64,000 bases of DNA from Veleropilina oligotropha (GCA_048128005.1 JBEUKZ010000047.1:310001-374000); one strand, 5' to 3'; numbered from the stretch's first letter, positions 1-12,400 are shown. Notes: generated by a model from the sequence alone, not told the origin. Numbers and translations: made by a program.

Positions 1-192
1 CGAACAGTAGTGGGTTCAATACCTGGCTGAGGCATTGAAATTTGTTCAAGTTATGAATCACAGTTGTCCGTGACTGGCCGGAGAGGGCGGGTTTACCCTG
101 GCGACTGGGGTTTCCTCCCGCGATAACACGGACATGTCCTGCCTTGAACCTCGATGTTGTAAATATACAGGAAATTAAGCATCATTCCTCCC
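1..192 (+). mobile_element. tRNA-derived SINE, cut by the window edge, inserted in the CR1/L2-like endonuclease region
   Basis: B-box-like GGTTCAATACC near position 13-23, a central GGGTTTACCC...GGGGTTTCCTCCC block resembling a V-domain-type SINE core, and a TCC-rich tail. The complete copy is at 47185-47396. Confidence 0.65.
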
Positions 193-840
193 TCATGCGA
201 AGTAATGAACGGATGGTATTGTCCTTCAGCTGATTAAAGTCGCCTGTTAGCATTATGCCTGCATATGGATGTTTTTGTCGTATGGAATCAACGCACCGGA
301 GTATGTGATCCACTAACGGTCGGTCATTGTTGTTATGAGGGTGATATACTACAACTAAAATAACGTGACTGCATAATCTAGGCATCTTAGTAGATTTTAA
401 TGTTACCCAAATTGTCTCAAAATCATCCTCGTAAAGGTGTGACCACTCTCTGTATGCTAGGAGTTTCTTTATATATACCAACACACCTCCGCCTTTTTTG
501 TGAGGTCTATCGTTTCTACACGTGACTGGCCGAAGAGGGCGGGTTTACCCGGCGACCGGGGTTTCCTCCCGCGATAACACGGACATGTCCTGCCTTGAAC
601 CTCGATGTTATAAATATACGGGACATTAAGCATAATTCCTCCTCCTCCTCGTTTCTACACATGCCATAACCGTCAATCTGAATCATATTGTCACTAATAC
701 CACCGTGACACCACGATTCTGTCACACATATGATATCAGTTTGATGCTCTTCGGCAGACACAGTTAAATCATCCACTTTTGACAGACACGATCGTAGGTT
801 TGCGCACATAATGGATGGTAAGCAGCAACTAACATCCAAC
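193..840 (-). pseudogene. APE endonuclease region of a decayed CR1/L2-like LINE ORF2
   Basis: Translated pieces LPSIMCANLRS, DIICVTESW, FETIWV, VVYHP and GDFNQL are APE motifs. The region is broken by two SINE insertions and is near-identical to 47397-48044. Confidence 0.75.
522..648 (+). mobile_element. 5'-truncated SINE copy with 12-bp TSD
   Basis: Matches the 3' part of the SINE at 1-192 and ends in (TCC)n. Flanked by TCGTTTCTACAC at 510-521 and 649-660. Confidence 0.8.
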
Positions 841-1585
841 TAACATTGGATGTTAGTTCAATCAAATTGGATTTCATTACAGATCTATTATGCTTATTGC
901 ATTGGGCCGACGTAACTCTAACTGGAATACGTGAGCCATTGCTAAAGTCACGAGACTGTGTATTGCGTGGTTCCCAAATGTTCAGAATGAAAATCGATTT
1001 ACGTACATGTCTCTTTAACTTGCACATTGGCGAATTTTGCAAAGCCTTTAAAAATGTTGAACTGTACTTGGCGACAAACATTATCGCGGCATATAATGTT
1101 CAGTGAAGCGGCTGAAGATCTCACCTCTTAATTCCAGTTGAACAAAAGACGCTAATCAGATCACTCTGACAGGTAGTCCTGCTATTGTAAGGAAAACAAT
1201 AGAGGTTCACGATTTATGTCCTGGATGACAAACTCAGTTTTGTTTGAAGATTTGATTTGATTTGATTTGATGTTTAACGACCACGCCGACACTATTTGGT
1301 CATAATCGGGTCGGTCAAGTTGACTATATAATAATTTAATATAAAAAGTTAAAAGTTACGATAGTAAATACCGATGTAATAAGAGTTGTAAATAAAACAA
1401 AGCAATATATTTACAAATAAAATCAAGTTAAGATAAAAATCAATGTAATTTAGATAAAAACAGCAATAAAATAAAATTTAAAAGCTATGATCAAATGTTT
1501 GCTAAAAACAAGTATAATAATAAAATAGTATAATAATACACAAAATATAGAATTGTCATAAAGGAAATAAAAATATAAATAAAAA

Positions 1586-4500
1586 TTATAACTTATAGAA
1601 AATATTTACTTGTTTTAAAAATTCAAATACGGCTTCGAGCTTATTAAGATTAAATAACTCTTGGAGTGAATTTGCCCTAAAATAGCTTTGGCGTGCGAGA
1701 TCCAAATCGACACAATCCAATAAAATATGTTTAATTGTTAGGGCAGTTGCACAAGGAATACACTCAGGTGGAGGCTCCCCTTTAAGCAAGTAGGAGTGAG
1801 TGTAGTGAGAATGCCCAATCCTCAGTCTGGCCAAGACCACCTCCTCTCGCCGAGTTGGTCTGTAAGAGGTGCCCCAATCGCCAATAAGAGGTTGGACATT
1901 CTGCAGTTTATTCCTTGTGCATTCATTCCAAGAGTGCTGCCAAGTAGAATTTATATATTTGTTTATGCTTTGTTTAAAATCTGAGTGTGGTAGTTTACAA
2001 TTTAGTATATTATTAAAATGCGAGGCTGCCTTGGCAGCATGGTCAGCCTTCTCGTTGCCTTGGATACCGATATGGCTCGGTATCCAGCAAAAAACAATGT
2101 CATTGTCAGGTAAAAGGTTGTTATATTTTAATAAAATTTCCTGAACAATAACATTTCTATCCATCTCCCTCAGTGCTTGTAAGCTAGAGAGGGAGTCTGA
2201 ATAAATAATAAAACGCTGTTTAAGACTTGTAGAGATAAATTTAAGAGCAAGCTCGATTGCTTTAAGTTCTGCAGTATATATAGTCGCGCTGCCTGGCAGA
2301 CGGTTTTGAAAACATTGTCTGCCAGTGACAGCGGCTGCTCCTACTAATTCTGCATCTTTTGAACCATCTGTGTATATGCTTGCACGATCCGAATATTTCA
2401 ATTTCAGATCGTGCAATTTTAAGAGATAATCTGTTGTTTCTGTGTCTGATTTTTTTAGTGATGTAAGTTGTAGGTCAATTACCGGTGCTTTTAGTGTCCA
2501 TGGTGGAGTAACCGGAATGTGATTTGTTTTAATTTGACCTAAATGTATGCCTGAGTTATCTAGTGCAGGTTTGATGCGGATGCCGAATGGTGCAATTTTG
2601 TTTGGTTTTGCCTGAAATAAGTTTTCGTAATTTGGTGCAAATACAGTTTCGAAAGCTGGGTTAGATGGATTTGATTTTAATTTGCAGTGACAATTTTTCA
2701 CGTCTGTGTGTGAGAGATGGCTCATTGGCTTCGACATAGAGGCTTTCCATGGGTGATGTACGGAAAGCCCCCAGTGCAAGTCGAAGCCCTTGGTTATGGA
2801 TTGGATCAAGCATTTTAAGGTATGAATGGCGAGCAGAGCCATATACAATGCTCCCATAATCAAGTTTAGATCTAATTAAAGATCTATATAATCTTAGTAA
2901 AACTTTTTTATCGGCACCCCATTCAGTATTAGAAACTACTTTCATTAAATTTAAAGCTTTTTTACATTTAGCTTTAATGTATTTTAAATGCGGTATGAAA
3001 GACAGTTTTCGGTCAAATACAAGGCCTAAAAATTTAAATTGATCTACCACTGGAATCTCAAAGTCATCCAGCTTCAACACAGGGTCGTCATGTATTTCAC
3101 GACGCTGGCAGAAGTGCATGCATTTAGTTTTGTCCTTTGAGAATTTAAATCCATTATCATCGGACCATATCTGTAATTTATTTAGGCCATGTTGTAACTG
3201 GCGTTCTATACTGTTCATATTTGTTGAACGATAGCAAATGCCAAAATCGTCAACAAATAATGAACAGTCAGTGCCAGTACTAATACATTTGACGATACTG
3301 TTTATTTTAATACTGAATAGGGTGACTGATAAAATACTTCCTTGAGGGACACCCATCTCCTGGTCGTGGATATCGGAGAGGGTGTCACCCACCTTGACTT
3401 GAAAATTTCTATCCTCAAGGAATTTCGAAATAAAATTGGGCAAGTGGCCCTTTAAACCAAAATCAAACAAATCATTCATAATCCCGTACTTCCAAGTAGT
3501 GTCGTAGGCCTTCTCTAGATCGAAAAAAACAGCAACTAAATGTTGTCTGTTTAGGAAGGCCTCACGAACAAAAGTTTCCAGACGTACCAAGTGATCTGTG
3601 GTGCTCCGGTTGCGCCGGAACCCACATTGATATTCTGTAAGTAAATTATTTGATTCTAAGTACCAAACTAATCTCTCGTTTATCATCCTTTCCATGGTTT
3701 TACAAATACAACTCGTCAGGGCTATGGGTCGATAACTGTTGGGATGTGATGTATCTTTTCCCGCCTTTGCAATTGGGATAATTGTAGCTTCCCTCCACGA
3801 GGGAGGGAATGTTCCAGTTTCCCAGATAGTATTGAATATTGCAAGTAGAGTTGTAAGTGATGTTGCAGGTAAGTGCTTAAGTAATTGATAGTGAATGTCA
3901 TCAGGGCCAACTGTTGTGTCATGTGCCTTGTTTAGTGAATCTGTGAGTTCCTTGTGTGAAAATGGCTGATTGTATGACTCTGTATTGTTGGATCTAAAAT
4001 TGAGCCTTGTTTTTTCTTTTTGATGCTTAAAACGGCTGAATTTTGGAGTGCAGTTGTCGGATGATGAATTGGCAGAAAATGTGTCTGCCAAGGTGTTTGC
4101 GATGTCTTTAGCCGTGTTGGCTTCTGAATTGGTTGTTTTAAGGTGCTTGATGCAGTTGGGTGTATGCTTGCCGCTGATTTTACGGATCATATCCCATGTT
4201 TTTTTAATAGTGGAACGAGAGTTTAGTTTGGTAACGTAGGAATGCCAGGATTCCCTTTTGCTGTGCTTGATGGTACGTCTGGCTTGTGCTCTTAATAGCC
4301 TAAAGCTATTAAGATTTTGTAGTGTTGGGTACTGTTTAAATGTTGAAATTGCATGTATGCGTGCTTTGATTGCTTGTCTGCAGTCTTCATTAAACCAAGG
4401 TTTACTTTTGTGTTTTGCATTTGGGCAGGTCTTTGGAATTGAGAGTGTTGCAATGTCATGTAATGTCGTACAGAAACTTGATATTGGGTCATCGCCAGTA

Positions 4501-5258
4501 GCGAAGTTGTTTGAATGTAATTGGTCTTCGCAAAGGGATTGGAATCTTGGCCAATCAGCTTTGTAAAGTTTCCACCTTTCAGTGTATGTTTGTGCATGGT
4601 TAATTGTGCTTTCCAGGAAAATTGGAAAGTGGTCGCTTCCGCGGAGGTCCTCACCAACTTTCCAAGTAAAGTCCAGGAAAGCAGATGGGTCGCACATGGT
4701 AAGGTCAATGGTGGTAAGTGAGCCTGTAGGTGGATGCATGTATGTTGGCGATTTGGTAGTATTAAATAAACACAGATTGTGTTTCCCAATAAAGTCCTCT
4801 ATTTGATGTCCCCGTTTATCTGTATCAGTACCGCCCCAATCCGTACTGTGGGCGTTAAAATCGCCACACAATATAAATGGGGTCGGTAGCTGATTGATGA
4901 GATTGTCAAGGTCAGTAGGTCGTAAGTTTGTACTAGGTGGTAAGTATACCGAGCAGATAGTTATTACTCGGTGAGTCGATATTTTCACTGCTACTGCCTG
5001 TAAGTTTGTGTTTAAGTTGACCTGACTGTGTGGTGTTCTGTTGTTGACAATGATTGAAACCCCCCCTGTTGCTTTGTCACCAGTGGTGACAATGTGATTG
5101 TATAGTGAGTGGTCTTTGATATGTATGTTGTCTGTGAGTTTCATGAAGGTTTCATTAAGACATAATGCTGTTGGTTTGTGTTCTTGAATTAATAGACTGA
5201 TCTCATCAATATTAGGTTTAATGCCTCTACAATTCCATTGTATTATTGTGCCTGACAT
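1586..5258 (-). pseudogene. A1 ORF2 (APE-RT-RNase H), frameshifted
   Basis: Split into 865-aa and 425-aa ORFs. It is 11 bp shorter than the intact sibling at 48790-52473, with the deletion near 2682. Confidence 0.9.
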
Positions 5259-5316
5259 GTTGGTTTAATGGTGTGTGTATTAAGTTATTTGTTTGTAGTG
5301 TTATGTTAAAATTTGC

Positions 5317-6798
5317 CTATTTATTCGGTGGAAGTACGGGCTTGATGGGAGGTTTTGGCTTGTGCGGGCGATCCAATGGCTGATCGCTTTCCATTGGATC
5401 GTTGGCTGGAGGAAGCGGCCCAGGTGTTTCGGGGCTCTCCTCCGTCTGCCGGTGTAATTTGTCTGCTGCCGCCTTCCCACCCTTCATGGCAGCAGCAACA
5501 ATTTCGGACGCGAGGTCCTCGATAATCGTGTCGGTATTATCAATTTGGTCATCTGATGGTTCGTTAGTATCCATCAGGTGACCAAAGCGATTATGCAGCT
5601 TAATAGGGTCCTCGGACCCTTTGGGCTGTCGGTCTGTCTTTATTGTTTGGTTTTTAATGGCTGCTGCCTTGCGAACAGCAGCAGCCTCTTTTTTAGAGTT
5701 ATGAGTAGTAGGTTTGATTGATGTTTGTGTTGATTCTGATGATGATGATGCTAACTTGTTTCGAGATGGTACAGTACTGAAGAATGGTTTGCCAGATGGC
5801 CAGGTAATATCAGTTTGCGTCGAAGAGGATCGAGTGATCGGCTTTTGCTCCGGTGCTGCAGCAATTGCAGCATAGGATCTGCCCGAAGTAGTGCGGGATT
5901 CCACCAGTTTCCTGGCATCCGGGAAAGAGATCCGGTCGATGGTCTTGACCCTCTGGATCTCTTTCTCGTGCTTCCACTTCGGACAGTCCTTAGAGTAAGC
6001 GCAGTGCTTACCCTTGCAATTGGTGCACAGAGGCTGTTGGGAGCAAGAGTCAGAGTCATGACCCTCTTCGCTACAACGAGCACATGCGGGATTTCTTCTG
6101 CATCGGTCTTTGTGATGCCCAAATGCCTGGCATTTGAAGCATCTCAAGGGATTTGGAATGTATGGTTCTACAGGGATGTTGATGTAACCAGCTTTAACAT
6201 ATTTCGGAAGCACTGGAAGGCGGAAGTCCAAGATGATGGTGTTGATGGGGACTTTCTTCCCATCCTTGAACATTGTCAGGCGTGTAACCTTGATTACACC
6301 CTGACTAGCCATGCCTTCCAGCAGTTCAGGTTCACTGCATCCCTGCAGGTCCCTGGATCTAATAACTCCCTTGGAGCTGTTCAAAGACCGATGCGGTCTG
6401 ATTATTACAGGAATATTAACAAATGTATCTGTTCTAAGAAGGTTTTCCGCATGGCTCTTTCTGGCGCATTCAACCAGTAGTGTGCCATCTCGTAGTTTTT
6501 TAACGGATCGTGGTTCGCCAGCCAGGCCGAGAATGGCCTTGGATATGGCGAACGGACTCAGAGAAGTGATAGGAGTGTTGGAGTTGCACGATTCCACCGT
6601 TAAAAAACGGGGCCAGCTTTCCGGTACGACTGGTGGAGGGTCAGGTCTATAAGGAGCATCTAGCTCTGGATGATAAGGTGTAGACCGGAAAGCGGCCAAA
6701 AATTTAGCGTCATCATCATCAGAAACAGAGTCGACGGATATATTCCGTCGCTTTGCTGCTGTGTGGTTTCGGCGTTTAGGAGGGTGTGGAGTTGCCAT
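5317..6798 (-). CDS. A1 ORF1, gag-like nucleic-acid-binding protein with zinc knuckles
   Basis: CFKCQAFGHHKDRC, CARCSEEGHDSDSC and CTNCKGKHCAYSKDC knuckles plus the PHRSLNSSKGVI motif. Start placed at the AUG (MATPH) aligned with the B and E starts. Confidence 0.9.
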   Translation of the reverse strand: MATPHPPKRRNHTAAKRRNISVDSVSDDDDAKFLAAFRSTPYHPELDAPYRPDPPPVVPESWPRFLTVESCNSNTPITSLSPFAISKAILGLAGEPRSVKKLRDGTLLVECARKSHAENLLRTDTFVNIPVIIRPHRSLNSSKGVIRSRDLQGCSEPELLEGMASQGVIKVTRLTMFKDGKKVPINTIILDFRLPVLPKYVKAGYINIPVEPYIPNPLRCFKCQAFGHHKDRCRRNPACARCSEEGHDSDSCSQQPLCTNCKGKHCAYSKDCPKWKHEKEIQRVKTIDRISFPDARKLVESRTTSGRSYAAIAAAPEQKPITRSSSTQTDITWPSGKPFFSTVPSRNKLASSSSESTQTSIKPTTHNSKKEAAAVRKAAAIKNQTIKTDRQPKGSEDPIKLHNRFGHLMDTNEPSDDQIDNTDTIIEDLASEIVAAAMKGGKAAADKLHRQTEESPETPGPLPPANDPMESDQPLDRPHKPKPPIKPVLPPNK

Positions 6799-6817
6799 AT
6801 TTTGTGTATTAAGTTTC

Positions 6818-7257
6818 ATCACCCGAGGTCCCCGCCCACCCCGGAGCCCAACAAGGGGGCATTTTAATGGGTGCGGAGTTCCAGCACCCAATGCCAGGGA
6901 TACCCGGGTGATATACTCAAATAAGATAATGAATGTAGTGGTGGGAAATGTGTATCCCACCATCCATTACTCACTTGATTGACCCTTCAGCCACCGCCTT
7001 CTGGGATATAGATCGATTGATGGTATATGATCTGTTACATAAAGTGTTTTGATTGAAATGTATAAATGTAATATTATTAAAATATATTATCCCAGGGCTT
7101 GACGTGACAAGCCGATTGATCAGATAGGGCCTATCTGACCTCCCGTCTAGCTGAATCCGAGGCCAAAGTAGTGTGTTGCTTCAGCCTAAGCTGAAGCTCA
7201 ACTACCAGGATCCTCTTCTCCAACATCACGGGTCGCCACCCACGGCAAACAGGTGGC
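6818..7257 (-). promoter_or_regulatory. Structured 5' UTR core shared by all full-length copies (candidate IRES-like RNA)
   Basis: Several stems whose pairing is kept by compensatory changes between the A/B/D/E and C versions (see findings). Function is inferred. Confidence 0.6.
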
Positions 7258-7329
7258 TCCCATTTGGGGGGATCTTACCCCTCTGCAGGGAGAGCAGTCG
7301 GCATATTCTAACCCCTAACCGACTGGGGG
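7258..7329 (-). promoter_or_regulatory. 72-nt 5'-terminal module of the A/B/D/E copies (internal promoter and/or structured RNA)
   Basis: Sense CCCCCAGTCGGTTAGGGGTTAGAATATGCCGACTG... is invariant in six copies and defines their precise 5' ends. It contains a CAGTCGG/CCGACTG stem. Confidence 0.5.
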
Positions 7330-7496
7330 TTTGTTTGAAGAGGTAAAAGTTATTTATATCAACAAAAGTATAAACATGATAGTCTTTTCACCTGATATTG
7401 TACTTCCCCTTTGTATATTCGTGCAGCCACTTATAAGTCCATCACGACTGTTTTCTTATCTTCAGTTAGGTATAAAAATGATGTTTCAATACCGCA

Positions 7497-7523
7497 AATA
7501 TATATATATATATATATATATAT
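7497..7523. repeat. (TA)n microsatellite
   Basis: Direct reading; also present at about 28017-28043. Confidence 0.9.
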
Positions 7524-7703
7524 TTGGAAAAGACAAACGGAACAGGCCCAATGCCAAATTTTATTTTGTTGAGAATTCCAAGTATTGCACCATAGTATTA
7601 ATAAACTCAGTGTCACTCTTAACCTGTCCATTGCAGAGTAGGCATCATGTTCAGTCTTACATCAAACGACATATACGGCCTCCCACCGAACCTGGCGTTC
7701 CTG

Positions 7704-8012
7704 GAGTGAGTGAGTGAGTTAATTTATCGTCGCTGTCGGCACTATTATGCCATAGTGCGACGGTAATATTTATTTTAAATAATGAAGATATTAAAAACGA
7801 TGTTAAATAATATAAAATCAATGTCAAATAATAAAAAACAATAAAAGATGTAAAGCAAAATAATAACAACAACAGTAGCAATAAAATGAAGTCAAGCCAT
7901 AATAAAAACAATATAAATGTCAAATAATGAAATATAATAAAACAATATCATAGAGCAAAATATGTAGTTATGGATAAAATTAGAAATGGTAAAAATAATA
8001 AAAGCACAATGG
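7704..8012 (-). mobile_element. 3' end remnant of a different LINE/SINE family with an (ACTC)n tail
   Basis: (GAGT)n on +, then a stem-loop (GCACTAT/ATAGTGC, CGTCGC/GCGACG) and an A-rich tract. The layout matches the 3' UTR of the main family. Repeated at 28224-28532. Confidence 0.55.
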
Positions 8013-9157
8013 CCCGTAGGATCATGGTTGCCATTAAGTCTCCTGTAGGATCATGGTTGACGTTAAGTCTCCTGTAGGATCATGGTTGCCGTTAAGTCTC
8101 CCGTAGGATCATGGTTGCCGTTAAGTCTCCTGTAGGATCATGGTTGCCGTTAAGTCTCCTGTAGGATCATGGTTGCCGTTAAGTCTCCTGTAGGATCATG
8201 GTTGCCGTTAAGTCTCCCGTAGGATCATGGCTGCCGTTAAGTCTCCCGTAGGATCATGGTTGCCGTTAAGTCTCCCGTAGGATCATGGTTGACGTTAAGT
8301 CTCCCATAGGATCATGGTTGACGTTAAGTCTCCTGTAGGATCATGGTTGCCGTTAAGTCTCCTGTAGGATCATGGTTGCCATTAAGTCTCCTGTAGGATC
8401 ATGGTTGCCGTTAAGTCTCCCGTAGGATCATGGTTGCCGTTAAGTCTCCCATAGGATCATGGTTGCCATTAAGTCTCCTGTAGGATCATGGTTGCCGTTA
8501 AGTCTCCCATAGGATCATGGTTGCCGTTAAGTCTCCCATAGGATCATGGTTGCCGTTAAGTCTCCCGTAGGATCATGGTTGCCATTAAGTCTCCTGTAGG
8601 ATCATGGTTGCCGTTAAGTCTCCCGTAGGATCATGGTTGCCGTTAAGTCTCCCATAGGATCATGGTTGCCGTTAAGTCTCCCATAGGATCATGGTTGCCG
8701 TTAAGTCTCCTGTAGGATCATGGTTGCCGTTAAGTCTCCTGTAGGATCATGGTTGCCGTTAAGTCTCCTGTAGGATCATGGTTGCCGTTAAGTCTCCTGT
8801 AGGATCATGGTTGCCGTTAAGTCTCCCGTAGGATCATGGTTGCCGTTAAGTCTCCCATAGGATCATGGTTGCCGTTAAGTCTCCCGTAGGATCATGGTTG
8901 CCATTAAGTCTCCCGTAGGATCATGGTTGCCGTTAAGTCTCCCATAGGATCATGGTTGCCGTTAAGTCTCCCGTAGGATCATGGTTGCCGTTAAGTCTCC
9001 CGTAGGAACATGGTTGCCATTAAGTCTCCCGTAGGATCATGGTTGCCGTTAAGTCTCCCGTAGGATCATGGTTGCCGTTAAGTCTCCTGTAGGATCATGG
9101 TTGCCGTCTGTCTCCTGTAGGATCATGGTTGCCGTTAAGTCTCCTGTAGGATCATGG
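8013..9157. repeat. 29-bp tandem satellite, ~39 units
   Basis: Unit GTAGGATCATGGTTGCCGTTAAGTCTCCY, head-to-tail with single-base variants. Confidence 0.97.
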
Positions 9158-9475
9158 TTTGATTTGATTTGATGTTTAACGACCACGCCGACACTATAAT
9201 GGTCATAATCGGGTCGGTCAAGTTAATTATACAATAGTTTAATATAAAATGTTAAAAGTTGAGATATATATTTACTTATAAAATATCAATGCAATAAAAC
9301 ATATGTGATAAATAATAAAAACAAATCAATATATTTACAAGTAAAATAAACTATGCAAATTTAGATAAAAATAAGATCAAATGTTTGCTAAAAACGAGTA
9401 TAATAAAAAGTATAATAATAAAATAAAATAAATATATATAGAATTTAGTCAAAGGAAATAAAAGTATAAATAAAA

Positions 9476-12400
9476 TTATAACTTATGGAAAATATTTACC
9501 TGTTTTAAAAATTCAAATACGGCTTCGAGCTTATTAAGATTAAATAACTCTTGGAGTGAATTTGCCCTAAAATACCCTTGGCGTGCGAGATCCAAATCGA
9601 CACAATCCAATAATATATGTTTAATTGTTAGGGCAGTTGCACAAGGAATACACTCGGGTGGAGGCTCCCCTTTAAGCAAGTAGGAGTGAGTGTAGTGAGA
9701 ATGCCCAATTCTCAGTCTGGCCAAGACGACCTCCTCTCGCCGAGATGGCCTGCAAGAGGGTCCCCAGTCACCAAGAAGAGGTTGGACATTCTGCAGTTTA
9801 TTCCTTGTGCATTCACTCCAAGAGTGCTGCCAAGTAGAATTTATATATTTGTTTATGCTTTGTTTAAAATCTGAGTGTGGTAGTTTACAATTTAGTATAT
9901 TGTTAAAATTTGAGGCTGCCTTGGCAGCTTGGTCAGCCTTCTCATTGCCTTGGATACCGATATGGCTCGGTATCCAGCATAAAACAATGTCATTGTCAGG
10001 TAAAAGGTTGTTATAGTTTAATAAAATTTCCTGAACAATAACATTTCTATTCATCTCCCTCAGTGCTTGTAAGCTAGAGAGGGAGTCTGAATAGATAATA
10101 AAACGCCGTTTAGTACTTGTAGAGATAAAATTAAGAGCAAGCTCGATTGCTTTTAGTTCTGCAGTATATATAGTCGCGCTGCCTGGCAGACGGTTTTGAA
10201 AACATTGTCTGCCAGTGACAGCGGCTGCTCCTACCAATTCTGCATCTTTTGAACCATCTGTGTATATGCTTGCACGATCTGAATATTTTAATTTCAGATC
10301 GTGCACTTTTATGAGATAATCTGATGTGTCTGTGTTTGATTTTTTGAGTGATGTAAGTTGTAGATCAATTACCGGTACTTTTAGTGTCCATGGTGGAGTA
10401 TCCGGAATGTGAATTGTTTTAATTTGACCTACATGTATGCCTGCGTTTTCTAGTGCTGGTTTTATGCGGATGCCAAACGGTGCAATTTTGTTTGGTTTTG
10501 CCTGAAATAGATTTTCGTAATTTGGTGTATAGACAGTTTCGAAAGCTGGGTTAGATGGATTTGATTTTAATTTTATTGCATATTGTAGTGATAGTTTTTC
10601 ACGTCTGAGTGTAAGAGATGGTTCATTGGCTTCGACATAGAGGCTTTCCATGGGTGATGTGCGAAAAGCCCCTAATGCAAGTCGAAGCCCTTGATTATGG
10701 ATTGGATCAAGCATTTTAAGATATGAATGGCGAGCAGAGCCATATACTATGCTCCCATAATCGAGTTTTGATCTAATTAATGATCTATATAGTCGTAATA
10801 AAACTGTTTTATCAGCACCCCATTCAGTATTAGAAACTACTTTCATTATATTTAAAGCCTTTTTACATTTGGCTTTGATGTATTTTAAATGAGGTATGAA
10901 AGACAGTTTTCGGTCAAATATAAGGCCTAAAAATTTAAATTGATCTACCACTGGAATCTCAAAGTCATCCAGCTTTAACACAGGGTCGTCATGTATTTCA
11001 CGACGCTGGCAGAAGTGCATGCATTTAGTTTTGTCCTTTGAGAATTTAAATCCGTTCTCATCGGACCATATCTGTAATTTATTTAGGCCATGTTGTAGCT
11101 GGCGTTCTATACTGTTCATATTTGTTGAACGATAGCAAATGCCAAAATCGTCAACAAATAAAGAACAGTCAGTGCCAGCACTAATACATTTGACGATACT
11201 GTTTATTTTAATACTGAATAGGGTGACTGATAAAATGCTTCCTTGAGGGACACCCATCTCCTGGTCGTGGATATCGGAGAGGGTGTCACCCACCTTAACG
11301 TTAAAATTTCTATCCTCAAGGAATTTCGAAATAAAATTGGGCAAGTGGCCCTTTAAACCAAAATCAAACAAATCCTTCATAATCCCGTACTTCCAAGTCG
11401 TGTCGTAGGCCTTCTCTAGATCGAAAAAAACAGCAACTAAATGTTGTCTGTTTAGGAAGGCCTCACGAACAAAAGTTTCCAGACGTACCAAGTGATCTGT
11501 GGTGCTCCGGTTGCGCCGGAACCCACTTTGATATTCTGTAAGTAAATTATTTGATTCAAGATACCAAACTAATCTCTCGTTTATCATCCGTTCCATGGTT
11601 TTGCAAATACAACTCGTCAGGGCTATGGGTCGATAACTGTTAGGATTTGATGTATCTTTTCCCGCCTTTGCAATTGGGATAACTGTAGCTTCCCTCCACG
11701 AGGGAGGGAAGGTTCCAGTTTCCCAGATAGTATTGAATATTGCAAGTAGAGTTGTAAGTGATGTTCCAGGTAAGTGCTTAAGTAATTGATAGTGAATGTC
11801 ATCAGGGCCAACTGATGTGTCATGTGCCTTGTTTAGTGAATCTGCGAGTTCCTTTTGTGAAAATGGCTGATTGTATGACTCTGTGTTGTTGGATCTAAAA
11901 TTGAGCCTTGTTTTTTCTTTTTGATGCTTAAAACGGCTGAATTTTGGAGTGCAGTTGTCGGATGATGAATTGGCAGAAAAGGTATCTGCCAATGTGTTTG
12001 CAATGTCTTTAGCTGTGGTTGCTTCTGATGTGTTTGTTTTAAGGTGCTTGATGCAGTTGGGTGTATGTTTGGCACTAATTTTACGGATCATATCCCATGT
12101 TTTTTTAATAGTGGAACGAGAGTTTAGTTTGGTAACGTAGGAATGCCAGGATTCCCTTTTGCTGTGCTTGATGGTACGTCTGGCTTGTGCTCTTAATAGC
12201 CTAAAGCTATTAAGATTTTGTAGTGTTGGGTGCTGTTTAAATGTTGAAATTGCATGTATGCGTGCTTTGATTGCTTGTCTGCAGTCTTCATTAAACCAAG
12301 GTTTATTTTTGTGTTTGGCATTTGGACAGGTCTTTGGAATTGAGAGTGTTGCAATGTCATGTAGTGTTGTAGAGAAACTTGATATTGGGTCTTCGCCATG

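Larger units (their letters stand above)
1251..7329 (-). mobile_element. Full-length I-group non-LTR retrotransposon, copy A1
   Basis: (TTTGA)n tail at 1251, ORF2, ORF1, and a 5' end ...CCGACTGGGGG at 7329. 12-bp TSD TTTGTTTGAAGA at 1239-1250 and 7330-7341. Confidence 0.95.

Noticed and set aside
5815..6480. 221-aa plus-strand ORF and other short antisense or alternate-frame ORFs within the elements
   Set aside because: Shadow ORFs with no motifs. They recur only because the DNA is duplicated and are not preserved across subfamilies.
6799..6963. N-terminal extension giving a 548-aa A-type ORF1
   Set aside because: It runs through the structured UTR and is not open in B, D or E. The aligned AUG is at 6798.
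7308..7320. CTAACCCCTAACC as telomeric repeats, implying a telomere-specific element
   Set aside because: Only two imperfect units, inside the element's own 5' module. The target sites contain no TTAGGG arrays.
7258..7329. A/B/D/E 5' module as an HDV-like, twister or pistol ribozyme
   Set aside because: By-eye folding did not give the required stems and conserved residues, so it is kept only as an unclassified candidate.
7331..7923. Hydrophobic 128-aa and 88-aa ORFs
   Set aside because: They derive from a (TA)n microsatellite and A-rich low-complexity sequence.
8013..9157. 29-bp repeats as a CRISPR array
   Set aside because: Units are head-to-tail with no unique spacers, there are no cas genes, and the context is eukaryotic.
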